Below the pieces are notes generated by a model, which was not told where the DNA came from, searched no databases, and saw only the letters and a program-made list of their open reading frames with translations. From the NCBI GenBank assembly GCA_964534065.1, contig CAZHNR010000001.1, positions 1 through 41,786 of the forward strand: 41,786 bases of DNA, given 5' to 3'. This document shows positions 25,670 to 35,016 of the stretch, piece after piece. How positions within the stretch are numbered: the first letter of the stretch is position 1; each line of letters starts with the position of its first letter. A program made the translations under genes and the position numbers. The stretch is from an uncultured Methanosarcinales archaeon. Lineage in GTDB: Archaea > Nanobdellota > Nanobdellia > Woesearchaeales > SKGA01.

Positions 25670-26119
25670 CTACTCGCTAGAGCCAAGAACCAAAGAACCA
25701 CCGAGTGCTTCAACTTTTTTAATTGCACCAGGAGTAGCTTTTGCAACAACAAGTTCATACTTGTGTTCAGCTAAACCAGTACCTAAAAGTTTGTGCACAC
25801 CAAGAGCAGAAAGATTTACTTTGTACGCGTCTGCCTCTTTAACAGCATTTCCTGCAGCAACAAGCTTGTCAACTGCAACATTTAGCTGCTCTAAAGACAT
25901 GATCTGCTCAGTCTTGGTTGTTGGATTCGTAAAGCCGTGCTTACCAGAAAAATTTTTAATTTTCCAGTAACTAGGTTTTTTAGCATCTCCTCTTTTACCG
26001 GAGCCCGCATTACCACGTCCACCACGGTGACCTGCACCACGATGTTTTTTCTTCTCTCCCCAACCATGGGTGAAAGATCCTCGTTGTCGGCTATTTTTTT
26101 TACGATGATTAACTGTCAT
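25670..26119 (-). CDS. rpl15: 50S ribosomal protein uL15
   Basis: Gly/Arg-rich N-terminus (GAGHRGGRGNAGSGKRG) and conserved operon position. Confidence 0.9.
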   Translation of the reverse strand: MTVNHRKKNSRQRGSFTHGWGEKKKHRGAGHRGGRGNAGSGKRGDAKKPSYWKIKNFSGKHGFTNPTTKTEQIMSLEQLNVAVDKLVAAGNAVKEADAYKVNLSALGVHKLLGTGLAEHKYELVVAKATPGAIKKVEALGGSLVLGSSE

Positions 26120-26129
26120 ATGTATTCAC

Positions 26130-26483
26130 CTACATCATTTTTTGAAGCAGAGCATCCATTTGTTTTCGGTCGCCAAGAGCGCCACCTACAACAAAAGATT
26201 TCTTGATACCTTTACGCTCAAAGCCACCAACCGGTGGAGCAAGGAAATATACTCCCTTCTCATGCTTTTCGCGTTTTGCATCAAGAGCTGCAATGGTTTC
26301 GTCAGAGACGGCACCATAAGTAACGTAATCTTGTACTTTTTTGAGCATACCTTGGTTAACAGGAGTGTCTTCAATAATAACACATGCATGTTTTTTTCCC
26401 AAGTTCAGACTTTTTAAGGTCAAACGAATATCGTGATTCATACCAATAAAACCTCGGATAAGAACAACTGCGATTTTACTCAT
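26130..26483 (-). CDS. rpl30: 50S ribosomal protein uL30
   Basis: IAVVLIRGFIGMNHDIRLTLKSLNL pattern and operon position. Shorter than typical archaeal uL30. Confidence 0.85.
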   Translation of the reverse strand: MSKIAVVLIRGFIGMNHDIRLTLKSLNLGKKHACVIIEDTPVNQGMLKKVQDYVTYGAVSDETIAALDAKREKHEKGVYFLAPPVGGFERKGIKKSFVVGGALGDRKQMDALLQKMM

Positions 26484-27279
26484 CAGACTTCACCTCAGAT
26501 TTTTTTGTACTTCCTTCTACAATAGAAAGAATTTCTCGATGTTGCGGTTGAACGCTTACTTGAGAAAGTTTTCGAAGTGCTTGAACAGTTGCTTTTACAA
26601 CATTAATTTTGTTCTTGGTCTGACCAACACTTTTTGACCAAACATTTTGAATACCTGCCATGTGTAAGATCTTTGCGACTTCTTTATCACAAATAAGCCC
26701 TTTACCTTTTGGAGCAGGCATTAATCTGATTGTGTAAGAGCCACATTTACCTTCAACTGCAAAAGGAATACTGTGCGCCTCAGGACTTCTATCTTCCCAA
26801 GAACCAGCTCCTCGTCGAAGTACCATCATGTTCATCTTTGCTTGAGCAAAAGCTTTTTCCCTTGCAGGAACAGTTTCTTTACTTTTACCGTAACCGACGC
26901 CTACATGACCGTTCTTATCTCCTACAACTGCCATTGTAGCAAACTTAGGTTTATTCCCTTCACGGGTTTTTTTCTGAGTTTGTCTGAATACTCTTCGTTG
27001 ACCGCCACCGAACTTACCTTTCGCCTGACCAATAAGCAACAGCTCTTGTTCAGTCTTGAGTAAAGTATCTACAATCTCTGGTTCGAGAATTGGACGTCCA
27101 CTACCTAGAATATCATCAATATGTTTGATTTCTCCTGCTTTCACTTTTCGACCAAGTTCTGTTTTAGGAACCCAGTTCTCAAAAGTATTTTCTTTTTGCA
27201 TAGGAGGTCGTTGATTTCGTTGATTTCGACGTTGACCTTGTTTTCCTTGCCGTGGTTTGTTAGTATCTTTATTCATCAT
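26476..27279 (-). CDS. rps5: 30S ribosomal protein uS5 (basic N-terminal extension)
   Basis: dsRBD plus S5 C-terminal pattern (..FATMAVVGDKNGHVGVGYGKSKE..) and operon position. Confidence 0.9.
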   Translation of the reverse strand: MMNKDTNKPRQGKQGQRRNQRNQRPPMQKENTFENWVPKTELGRKVKAGEIKHIDDILGSGRPILEPEIVDTLLKTEQELLLIGQAKGKFGGGQRRVFRQTQKKTREGNKPKFATMAVVGDKNGHVGVGYGKSKETVPAREKAFAQAKMNMMVLRRGAGSWEDRSPEAHSIPFAVEGKCGSYTIRLMPAPKGKGLICDKEVAKILHMAGIQNVWSKSVGQTKNKINVVKATVQALRKLSQVSVQPQHREILSIVEGSTKKSEVKSDE

Positions 27280-27286
27280 ACTTCAC

Positions 27287-27844
27287 CTATTTCTGGATTG
27301 AATCTTTTGCAGATGCAAAAGCTTTTGGAAGGTCTGCAAGAGCAATTTTTTGCTTTGCATAACTTGTTGCTTTAGCTGCAAGTGCATCGCCACCATTAGC
27401 GATGTGTTGTCCTGAAAGTCGTTTTTCGGAAGGAAAGACGTCTGGATTATGCGGAATACTTACTCCTGCATCAACAACACCTTTGAGTGTTGCGTAAAGA
27501 CGTGAACCTTTTTTAGGTGTTTGTAGGCCAAGATCAAGAATTGCTTCTTTTGCTCCTTTTGCAAGTGCTTGTTTACCAGCAGCTAGCCCTGCAAGATAAC
27601 ATGCAGGAAGAGATTTTTTAGAGTAATTCCATCCAAAACCATCTAATTTCTTTGAACTGAATGTGCAAAGGACTTTATCACCATCAGGTTGATAACTGAT
27701 AAATTGAACTGTAACACCAGTATTACTTTTTCGAATAACTAGACGATCCTTACCGCTTTTAAGAAGTTCAAGTCGCTTTTTGAAATGCGTTTTTCCTTCT
27801 CGTTTACGACGGTAACCGACTGTATATATTGCGTTTCGTGCCAT
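27287..27844 (-). CDS. rpl18: 50S ribosomal protein uL18
   Basis: Sequence pattern and operon position. Confidence 0.9.
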   Translation of the reverse strand: MARNAIYTVGYRRKREGKTHFKKRLELLKSGKDRLVIRKSNTGVTVQFISYQPDGDKVLCTFSSKKLDGFGWNYSKKSLPACYLAGLAAGKQALAKGAKEAILDLGLQTPKKGSRLYATLKGVVDAGVSIPHNPDVFPSEKRLSGQHIANGGDALAAKATSYAKQKIALADLPKAFASAKDSIQK

Positions 27845-27849
27845 CGTAA

Positions 27850-28302
27850 TTACCTCTGTTGTACGAAGTTATGCTCTTCGATATAGATTTTGATGTGACG
27901 TTTGTTACGGAAGAAACCACCTTTTGACTTTCGGTACAAATTTTTGAATCCTTCTTGATTAACAATGCCTTTTTCACGGAGTTCCTGAAGGAAAGCTCGC
28001 TGCACACGGATTTTTGTCATCCATGCTTGCTTTCTTGGAACGATTGCTGTACGTTTTCCTTTTCGCTTTCCAGGACCTCGTTGAAGACCTTTTCGTCGTT
28101 GATTTTCTCGATGTCGTGCTCGAACACGAGAGACACCTTTTTCTTGTTCTTTGAAAATAAGACCTTGATTAACAAGAGCCCGTACATCTGCTTTTGTAAT
28201 AGCATCCTTAATGTCTGCTACACGGTCAGCAACTAAATGTACACGTTTTGGCGAACATTTCAGTACATCGCCAGCTAGTCTTTTTTGGACAGAGAGCTTC
28301 AT
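27850..28302 (-). CDS. rpl19e: 50S ribosomal protein eL19
   Basis: MKLSVQKRLAGDVLKCSPKRV.. is the eL19 pattern. Operon position. Confidence 0.9.
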   Translation of the reverse strand: MKLSVQKRLAGDVLKCSPKRVHLVADRVADIKDAITKADVRALVNQGLIFKEQEKGVSRVRARHRENQRRKGLQRGPGKRKGKRTAIVPRKQAWMTKIRVQRAFLQELREKGIVNQEGFKNLYRKSKGGFFRNKRHIKIYIEEHNFVQQR

Positions 28303-28895
28303 AGTTGTTCACCTTTTTTCGTAAGAATCTTATCCTTCTCTTTCTTTTCAGCAGCTTTTGTTTCACTGTCAGAAGCTTTGGATTCAGTAGATTCTTTTTT
28401 CTCAGATTTCTCAGCCTTTTTAGCTGCAGCCTGATGCTGTGATTTTCGCTTTTCAAGAGCTTTTTTGTGAGCTTGTTTTTCACTTACTTTTTGCTTTTGT
28501 TTTTGCTCGAATGCAGTAGCATCAATATTGAGTACGGCAAAGTTTTTTGACTTTGCATGAGCAAGTAATTCGATTCTTCGTCGATTACCTACTGTTCGTG
28601 AAACAATAATACCATCTTTTTTCGCATCTAAAGATTCGAAATCACTCAGTTTCTCAACACGATTTTGGACCAATCCTTCACGGGAAAGACCTTTTACTTC
28701 TTGAGGTGAACTGAAACCGGTGGACCTTGAACGAGCATAGCCTTTCATGTTCAGACGCATCTTGTTTTGAAGACCTTTTGGTCGTCGATAAGATGAGGAT
28801 GAAACACGCTTCTTTTTGTGCGAGTCATGTCGTTTAAAGGTTGGTTTTTTGCTCTTGAGTTTGTTTCGAAGTGCGAGTAATGTTTCTTTTATCAT
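28299..28895 (-). CDS. rpl32e: 50S ribosomal protein eL32 with Lys/Glu-rich C-terminal extension
   Basis: FKRHDSHKKKRV..YRRPKGLQNKMR is the eL32 core. About 70 extra K/E/A-rich residues at the C-terminus. Confidence 0.85.
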   Translation of the reverse strand: MIKETLLALRNKLKSKKPTFKRHDSHKKKRVSSSSYRRPKGLQNKMRLNMKGYARSRSTGFSSPQEVKGLSREGLVQNRVEKLSDFESLDAKKDGIIVSRTVGNRRRIELLAHAKSKNFAVLNIDATAFEQKQKQKVSEKQAHKKALEKRKSQHQAAAKKAEKSEKKESTESKASDSETKAAEKKEKDKILTKKGEQL

Positions 28896-28906
28896 AATAT
28901 CATCAC

Positions 28907-29455
28907 CTAACTAATTGCTTTACCATCCTTATTGATGATGTAGATACCATCTTGAAAGATTCGTCGATCGAATCCGTTCCGTCGCGTTAATGTTTCGATA
29001 GAGGCTGCAGTCTGTGCTACAAGCTCCTTATCGATACCTGTTACGACAATGATATCTCCGTTGATCTTTACTTCTGCGCCGTCTTTAATAGTAAGATGGC
29101 GTGGAACAGCTTCTCCAATAAAATTTTTCACTTCAAAGGTTTTACCCTTTAAGCTTACATTCATAGGGAAGTGGCCTGAACAAATTTTGAGTTGGTATTC
29201 ATGACCTTCTGTTACTCCTTTGAACATGTTATTCACGTGTGCTTTGAAAGTATTCATAATTTTCTTTTCATTCTGCGTATATTTTTTAGCCACAAATTGA
29301 ACTTCATTATTCTCAACACCAATAACTACACGTGGATGTAGGAAGTTTCGAGTTACTGTACCTTTTGTACCTGTAACGGAGAGGACACTCTCAGAAACTT
29401 GAGCTTGTACTCCTTCAGGACAAGGAACAGTTTGCGTAATATTTTCTGTAGACAT
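28907..29455 (-). CDS. rpl6: 50S ribosomal protein uL6
   Basis: Sequence pattern and operon position. Confidence 0.9.
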   Translation of the reverse strand: MSTENITQTVPCPEGVQAQVSESVLSVTGTKGTVTRNFLHPRVVIGVENNEVQFVAKKYTQNEKKIMNTFKAHVNNMFKGVTEGHEYQLKICSGHFPMNVSLKGKTFEVKNFIGEAVPRHLTIKDGAEVKINGDIIVVTGIDKELVAQTAASIETLTRRNGFDRRIFQDGIYIINKDGKAIS

Positions 29456-29464
29456 TTTTTTCTC

Positions 29465-29857
29465 CTAGTAACAATAACTAATGAGTCGCCCACCAACATG
29501 TTTTTCTTTAGCTTGGTTATGAGTTAACAAGCCTTGGTTGGTAGTGACAATGAGTACACCAAAACCTCGTGCAGGGAGATGTTGTTTTTCGTATTTTTCT
29601 AAATTATCTACTTGCACAGTGAATCGTGGTTTGATGACACCGCATTTGTTGAGTTTTCCATTTAATGTAATAACAAGGTAGTTTCCTTTACTGTCAACTT
29701 GTTCTTCGACACTTGCCAAATATCCTTCATCTTGCATAAGCTGAAGAGTTTGTTTGATAAGTTTTGAACTAATGTTTGTCGTAATTGAAGGTTTCCCTAC
29801 TTGCACTGCATTATTTAGTTGTGAAAGGACGTTTGCTAATTGATCGTTTGCTGTCAT
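29465..29857 (-). CDS. rps8: 30S ribosomal protein uS8
   Basis: DQLANVLSQLNNA.. N-terminus and ..GGRLISYCY end. Confidence 0.9.
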   Translation of the reverse strand: MTANDQLANVLSQLNNAVQVGKPSITTNISSKLIKQTLQLMQDEGYLASVEEQVDSKGNYLVITLNGKLNKCGVIKPRFTVQVDNLEKYEKQHLPARGFGVLIVTTNQGLLTHNQAKEKHVGGRLISYCY

Positions 29858-29866
29858 TTTTTCCCT

Positions 29867-30097
29867 CTAGTTAAATTTCTTGAAGCCTAAAGATAATGCA
29901 TTATCTCTAAAACATTGACGGCAAATTTTAAGACCATATTTTGAAATATGACCGCCCGTTCGACCACAAACAGAACATTTCTTAGTGGATTCACCGAATG
30001 TTCGTTCTCGTGGCGTATTGTGCTTAAGATACTTAGCGTATTTTCCTGGTTTATGACCAATTTGTTTGAGTACTTTTGTGTGATCTGAAGTTGTCAT
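29867..30097 (-). CDS. rps14: 30S ribosomal protein uS14 (zinc-ribbon type)
   Basis: CSVCGR...CRQCFR zinc motif and operon position. Confidence 0.9.
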   Translation of the reverse strand: MTTSDHTKVLKQIGHKPGKYAKYLKHNTPRERTFGESTKKCSVCGRTGGHISKYGLKICRQCFRDNALSLGFKKFN

Positions 30098-30100
30098 TAT

Positions 30101-30610
30101 TTATTCCTCCAATGCTACACCGAAACGCTCAGTCATAAAACCAATTGCTTCATCTTTTGAAATTAAGTGTGACTTACCAATAGAAGCTTTGTTCAGTTTT
30201 CGTTTCTTAACCCGAAAACCAGGCCGTGCAAGAGTTAAAGATACTTGCAGTCCTAAAATACCAATTTCTGTATCGTATTTTACTTCTGGAATGTCCACAT
30301 ACTCGTGAATACCAAAAGAGACATTTCCATGATTATCAAACCATGAAGGATTAATTTTTTTCTCTTTTGCTACTAGTAAACGAGCTGCGAGCTCATAGAC
30401 TTGTTCTCCTCGTAGCGTTATTTTTGCTCCGATAGGAAGTCCTGGTCGAAGACCCCATGCAGCTAACCTTTTTTTCGTGGTTGTTTGCACTGGATCAATA
30501 CCAGTAATGTTCTTGAGAAGTTTCACTGCCTTCTTGAGTACTTTTTCATCTCGTCCAGCACCAATATTTAAGGTGAGCTTCTCAATTTTGATTTCTTTCA
30601 TTGCGTTCAT
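30101..30610 (-). CDS. rpl5: 50S ribosomal protein uL5
   Basis: Sequence pattern and operon position. ATG 30610 preferred to the TTG at 30616. Confidence 0.9.
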   Translation of the reverse strand: MNAMKEIKIEKLTLNIGAGRDEKVLKKAVKLLKNITGIDPVQTTTKKRLAAWGLRPGLPIGAKITLRGEQVYELAARLLVAKEKKINPSWFDNHGNVSFGIHEYVDIPEVKYDTEIGILGLQVSLTLARPGFRVKKRKLNKASIGKSHLISKDEAIGFMTERFGVALEE

Positions 30611-30627
30611 TTTCAAAACCTGTACAA

Positions 30628-31320
30628 TTATTCAACTGTAATAATTGGCTTGTTTTTTCCAATAATTAAAGCATAAGCTTTCTTTGTTCGAAAGGATTCA
30701 TCACCGACTTTAACGACAATAATGTTTCCTTCAATCTCTTCAACGGTTGCGATAGCACCTACATGTTTTCCTGCATCAAGAAGAATAGTCATACCTGTTT
30801 GGAACGGTAGATGATCAACAATCTTTTGATCAGGAAGACTGATAACTAAAGAATCTCCAACAGCATATTTTTTTGTGTCATCAATAAGGAAATTTCTTCC
30901 ATCAAGAGTATTCAGTTGCGTCAAACCTTTTCGTAGAGAAGACTTCTTTGTAATTTTACATACTTTCGTTGTTGCTTCTTTCTCATTGATAGGAAGTGCT
31001 ACAATTTTATTCTTCGCGTTGATTCCTACTCGGAAATACTCTTTTGCCTTTGGCAAACTTACTACATCAAGAAGACCAACAGGTCGCTTATTATCATGAC
31101 AAACTTTACCGTCAATTAAGCAGTCCTTATTATGCAGGACGTATTTTACTTCTTTTTGTGTATGTAGTAAACCAACAATATCTCGAAGGAATAAACTTAC
31201 TGGAACTTGATGTTCTAGTTTGTGTGCTCCTGGATTTGGTCGTGCAATATATTTCAAAGTCTTTTTAGGAATAGGCCAAGTACTTGGACTTGCAAGACGT
31301 TTTAAATGTAATTTTACCAT
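30628..31320 (-). CDS. rps4e: 30S ribosomal protein eS4
   Basis: HLKRLASPSTWPIPKK.. is the eS4 N-terminus. Operon position. Confidence 0.9.
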   Translation of the reverse strand: MVKLHLKRLASPSTWPIPKKTLKYIARPNPGAHKLEHQVPVSLFLRDIVGLLHTQKEVKYVLHNKDCLIDGKVCHDNKRPVGLLDVVSLPKAKEYFRVGINAKNKIVALPINEKEATTKVCKITKKSSLRKGLTQLNTLDGRNFLIDDTKKYAVGDSLVISLPDQKIVDHLPFQTGMTILLDAGKHVGAIATVEEIEGNIIVVKVGDESFRTKKAYALIIGKNKPIITVE

Positions 31321-31321
31321 T

Positions 31322-31702
31322 TTACTTGTTCACCTTTGCGTGTTTAAATCGTCGCTTATCTTCTTTAACAGATTGAATAAGGAGATTGGATGGATGAATA
31401 GGGTATGGAACTTTATTCCCATCTGTTTTGACATTTTCTGCGCCTGCAACAAAAATTCGTTCTCGAGTAACATCCACAGTAGTTACTTCGCCTTCAATGT
31501 TTTTGAATTGACCACGAAGTATTTTTACTTTGTCACCTGTTCGTACACGAGCACTACGAACCCCATATTTAGTAGCAAGATCTTTTGCAAGTCGTGCATT
31601 AAGGAATTCGCCTTTTTTATGCATAGGAGCATTGAATCGGTATTTACGTTGTTTTCTTGGCTGTGAGCTAGAAAGCCAACTTAAGGAAAAGATTGATTTC
31701 AT
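31322..31702 (-). CDS. rpl24: 50S ribosomal protein uL24
   Basis: KOW motif (GDKVKILRGQFKNIEGEV) and operon position. Confidence 0.9.
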   Translation of the reverse strand: MKSIFSLSWLSSSQPRKQRKYRFNAPMHKKGEFLNARLAKDLATKYGVRSARVRTGDKVKILRGQFKNIEGEVTTVDVTRERIFVAGAENVKTDGNKVPYPIHPSNLLIQSVKEDKRRFKHAKVNK

Positions 31703-31703
31703 T

Positions 31704-32105
31704 TTAGATCACCATATTTGCAACTTTTGCAACAGCAGGCCATCTTCCAGCCGCTTCTTTTGCAATAGGACCTTTAAAGATAGTTCCTTTAGGATTACCT
31801 TTTTCATCTTTAAGTACAACTGCAGCGTTATCTTCGAACGTTACACGTGTACCATCAGGTCGTTTGTATTCTTTTCGTTGTCTTACAATAATAGCATAGA
31901 CAACTTTTTTTCTCATATCAGGACGGCCTTTTTTTACTGCAGCAACAACCATGTCACCGACACCAGCTCCAGGTACTCGACCTTTCACTGTTTTTTTCCG
32001 CTTGACACCAGTAATCTTTATGAGTTTCGCTCCAGAGTTGTCACAAGTTTCAATGATTGAACCAACTTGCAGACCGTTTGTTACGTTTGCTTTGATTGCT
32101 TTCAT
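31704..32105 (-). CDS. rpl14: 50S ribosomal protein uL14
   Basis: Sequence pattern (..CDNSGAK..) and operon position. Confidence 0.95.
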   Translation of the reverse strand: MKAIKANVTNGLQVGSIIETCDNSGAKLIKITGVKRKKTVKGRVPGAGVGDMVVAAVKKGRPDMRKKVVYAIIVRQRKEYKRPDGTRVTFEDNAAVVLKDEKGNPKGTIFKGPIAKEAAGRWPAVAKVANMVI

Positions 32106-32374
32106 TGTTCACTTGCCTCCGGAGAAACTACTTCTACAACGATAAAATTCTTCGTTTTGGAAAGAGGACGGGTCTGTTGAATCTTAACAATATCCCCTTC
32201 TTTTGCATTAATAGATTCTGGGTTATGAGCGTTAACTTTACTTCGTCGTTTTTCGTATCGCTGGAATTTTGGAATTAAAACTCTTCGTTCCCACTGTACG
32301 ACAACTGTTTTGTGCATCTTTGCACGGACAACTTTTCCGGTAAATGTCTTACCGCGAATGCTTATATTTTCCAT
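32102..32374 (-). CDS. rps17: 30S ribosomal protein uS17
   Basis: Sequence pattern and operon position. Confidence 0.9.
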   Translation of the reverse strand: MENISIRGKTFTGKVVRAKMHKTVVVQWERRVLIPKFQRYEKRRSKVNAHNPESINAKEGDIVKIQQTRPLSKTKNFIVVEVVSPEASEQ

Positions 32375-32634
32375 TATTTTGATCTCCGATTTTTTATTCG
32401 ATCTTCGAGACGTTTTTCAATATCTCTGCCTGGAATGAGTTTGCCATTGATGAGAAACACCGTTCCTTTTTTCAGGATGAGTTTCTCCTCTCCCAAGTGC
32501 GTTTGCACTCGGAAAGCGTATTTTGTTTCATCAACAACGGTGCCTGTGATGCCAACGTAATGAGCGTTAGCTGCCTCACGGACTGAGAGAGTGTTGCCAA
32601 TGAATGGTTTATCGACCAAATTTACTTGGTACAT
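32374..32634 (-). CDS. rnp1: RNase P protein component 1 (Rpp29/Pop4)
   Basis: ..GITGTVVDETKYAFRVQT..KKGTVF..RLEDRIK pattern, in the conserved slot between SUI1 and uS17. Start uncertain: ATG 32634 or ATG 32685, both overlapping the SUI1 3' end. Confidence 0.75.
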   Translation of the reverse strand: MYQVNLVDKPFIGNTLSVREAANAHYVGITGTVVDETKYAFRVQTHLGEEKLILKKGTVFLINGKLIPGRDIEKRLEDRIKNRRSK

Positions 32635-32941
32635 GTTTGGATACCTCAATTGTTTCCGGTGCAAAACCGAACTCAACCAATGCATCCTTTATGGTTGCAA
32701 GATGATTTCCTTGCAATTCAACCATATCTTTTTTTGATGTGCCTCCGCAGGCAAACTTGTTCTTAAGTTTTTTTGCGGTTGCTTTGATATCAATTTCTGC
32801 ATTGAAACCTTCAATTACCGTATACTGTTTCCCGAATTTTTTTCGGATAATGTATACTTTGATTTTCTGGTTTTCTTTTGCAATATTATCCCAAGCGGAA
32901 AGTTCTTTTGGAAGTCCAGTTATTGGATCAAATTCAACCAT
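32609..32941 (-). CDS. translation initiation factor SUI1 (aIF1)
   Basis: ..KKFGKQYTVIEGF...LKNKFACGGT..VELQGNH.. is the SUI1 pattern. Confidence 0.85.
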   Translation of the reverse strand: MVEFDPITGLPKELSAWDNIAKENQKIKVYIIRKKFGKQYTVIEGFNAEIDIKATAKKLKNKFACGGTSKKDMVELQGNHLATIKDALVEFGFAPETIEVSKHVPSKFGR

Positions 32942-32942
32942 T

Positions 32943-33122
32943 TTACTCCTTAAGGGATTTTATCTTGGCAATTGTTCGTTTCAATTCCTTGATTTGACCT
33001 GGGCTTTTAGGAACTGTTCCTGTAGCTACTTGGCCATTTAGTTTAAGCAAATCTTTTTTTGCCTCAACAAGTTTTTTCTCCCGGTCTTCAGGAGAAAGTT
33101 CTTTGATCTTAGCGAATTTCAT
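32943..33122 (-). CDS. rpl29: 50S ribosomal protein uL29
   Basis: Not in the ORF track because it is under 60 aa. Hand translation gives MKFAKIKELSPEDREKKLVEAKKDLLKLNGQVATGTVPKSPGQIKELKRTIAKIKSLKE. Its ATG shares one nt with the uS3 stop (TAATG). Confidence 0.85.
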   Translation of the reverse strand: MKFAKIKELSPEDREKKLVEAKKDLLKLNGQVATGTVPKSPGQIKELKRTIAKIKSLKE

Positions 33123-34045
33123 TATTTTTCACCCTCTGTAGATTCTGCCTTTTTCTCTTCAGATTGTTTTTCTACTTTTTCCTTAGATTTCTCATCAGCT
33201 TTAGCTTCGGATTTCTTTTCAGATTTATCTTCTGCTTTTTTATCAGCTTCTTTTTCGGTTTTTTCTTCGGACTTTTCTTCAGCTTTTTTGGCAGCTTTCT
33301 TAGTAGATTTAGTGGAAGTTTTTTTGCTTGTTTTCGTCGACTTCTTAGTAGATTTCTTTTCAGCTTCTTCTTTTTTAGCTACTTCGTTTTCTAGAGCTTC
33401 ATCTTTAACTTCTTCGACAACAGGAGCGGAAGCTGCTGCTTCACGTTCTCTTTTATCAAATGAAATCTGATCAGGTAGTTTTGTCGTTGCAGGCATGATT
33501 CGTACTTGTACACCTACGACTCCAGTTTTTAAGGATGCAAAATCAATTGCGGTATCAACACCAGTAATTGCGAGATCTCCACACTTTTTCATGTATCCAT
33601 CAGCAAATCGCCAAGTTTTTGCTCGACTTGAAGGAATTTTTCCAGAGATAAGGATTTCAACACCTAATGCCTTGGAACGCATGATAGCTTCAACAGTCTT
33701 ATGACCTACGCCTTTAAAGCGTTGTGTACCGAATCGTTCTAATTGATTCACTACAGATTCCGCAACAACAGTCGCGTCTAAGTTGAAGTCTTTAATTTCT
33801 TCAATTTCGATCTGCGGATTTTCAAGACCGAACTCTTCTTTTAACTCTCGAGTTAATTTTTGAATAGTAGAACCACCACGACCTACAACTAAACCTGGAC
33901 GGGACGCTACGACAACAACTCGCTCACCAACGCTGGTTCGTTGTAGCTTAACACTACTTAGACCAACACGGCTAAGAGATTTTTTGACATATTCTTTGAT
34001 TTGGAACTCTTTGAAGTTCTGTGCGATAAATTTTCGTTCAATCAT
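33122..34045 (-). CDS. rps3: 30S ribosomal protein uS3 with a Lys/Glu/Ser/Thr-rich C-terminal tail of about 110 aa
   Basis: KH-domain core (..VVVASRPGLVVGRGGSTIQKL..) and operon position. The tail is KKSTKKSTKTSKKTSTKSTKKAAKKAEEKSEEK... Confidence 0.9.
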   Translation of the reverse strand: MIERKFIAQNFKEFQIKEYVKKSLSRVGLSSVKLQRTSVGERVVVVASRPGLVVGRGGSTIQKLTRELKEEFGLENPQIEIEEIKDFNLDATVVAESVVNQLERFGTQRFKGVGHKTVEAIMRSKALGVEILISGKIPSSRAKTWRFADGYMKKCGDLAITGVDTAIDFASLKTGVVGVQVRIMPATTKLPDQISFDKREREAAASAPVVEEVKDEALENEVAKKEEAEKKSTKKSTKTSKKTSTKSTKKAAKKAEEKSEEKTEKEADKKAEDKSEKKSEAKADEKSKEKVEKQSEEKKAESTEGEK

Positions 34046-34641
34046 TGTGCGTCACCAGTTACAGTTTCCTGCTTATCAGCGGACTGAGTTGCAGGTTTAG
34101 CTTCTGTTTTTTTTGCTTCTTTTACAGGAGCTTTTTTCTCTTCTGCTTGAGGCTTGCTTTCAGCTTTTGATTTGGAAGCAGATGCTTTTTTGACAGTTTT
34201 CTTTTCTGCAATTTCTTTTAGTGCGACTTCAACATGTGATCGTTTCATCGCTCTTCGTCGTTGACGACCTTGATGGAAAGGAGTTGCGGCTTTATGAGCG
34301 CAAATATGAACAATTTGTAAGTCATCTGCAAGACCTTGGTTTGCTGCGTTTGCAATAGCTGACTTGATAGTCGCTTGAATTGCTTGAGCTGCTTTTACAG
34401 GGAATCGACCTGAAGCCATAGGACCTTTACGGTGACCTACACCATCAGTGAACCGAGTATAAGCGATAGCCTGTCTTTTTGCAATAACATTGTCAAGTAA
34501 ACGAAGTGCCTTTTGTGCATCCATCCCTCGAAGTGTATTACAAATATTAATTGCCGCTTTCGTTGAAATACCTAAATCTCGACCGTAAGCCTTCACCATA
34601 TCAGATGAAACATTTTCTAGTGCATAGTTAACTTTTGCCAT
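34042..34641 (-). CDS. rpl22: 50S ribosomal protein uL22 with Lys/Ala/Glu-rich C-terminal tail
   Basis: Sequence pattern and operon position. The last roughly 55 aa are low-complexity. Confidence 0.9.
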   Translation of the reverse strand: MAKVNYALENVSSDMVKAYGRDLGISTKAAINICNTLRGMDAQKALRLLDNVIAKRQAIAYTRFTDGVGHRKGPMASGRFPVKAAQAIQATIKSAIANAANQGLADDLQIVHICAHKAATPFHQGRQRRRAMKRSHVEVALKEIAEKKTVKKASASKSKAESKPQAEEKKAPVKEAKKTEAKPATQSADKQETVTGDAQ

Positions 34642-34642
34642 C

Positions 34643-35005
34643 TTACTTCTTCGGTTTGTTTGTCACACCAACACTTGTGTGTTTTGCACGTTTACGTGTG
34701 AGAGCATATTCACCAAAATAATGACCAATCATTTCTCCTTGAATAGTCACTGCTTGGAACTGGTTACCTGTATAAATTTGGACCGTTTTCCCAACCATTT
34801 TTGGCAAGACAATCATGTCTCGTAAATGTGTTTTGACGTTGTTCTTTTTCTCGATTTTTTCGATAAGTTTCAAGTGCTTGTCAGAAAAACCACGTTGAAT
34901 GGTTCTTCGTTGACGACTTGGAAATAAGGCTGCAATCTCACCAAGAGAAAGTTCCTTTAGTTCTTCAATCGTTTTTGACTTGAATTTGAATTCTTTTAAT
35001 GCCAT
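34643..35005 (-). CDS. rps19: 30S ribosomal protein uS19
   Basis: ..VQIYTGNQFQAVTIQGEMIGHYFGEYALTRK.. pattern. Confidence 0.9.
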   Translation of the reverse strand: MALKEFKFKSKTIEELKELSLGEIAALFPSRQRRTIQRGFSDKHLKLIEKIEKKNNVKTHLRDMIVLPKMVGKTVQIYTGNQFQAVTIQGEMIGHYFGEYALTRKRAKHTSVGVTNKPKK

Positions 35006-35016
35006 CTTTCAATTAC

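Noticed and set aside
31530-32060. Long + strand ORFs across the ribosomal cluster (e.g. 31220-31666, 31530-32060, 35105-35560, 36454-36885, 33164-33394)
   Set aside because: All are antisense to highly conserved ribosomal-protein genes. Their composition (Phe/Ser/Cys-rich) is typical of shadow ORFs in AT-rich genomes.
33125-33460. Quasi-periodic repetitive DNA that could be mistaken for a tandem repeat or CRISPR-like array
   Set aside because: The repeats are irregular in length and sequence and lie in frame within the uS3 ORF, encoding its K/E/S/T tail. There is no repeat-spacer architecture.
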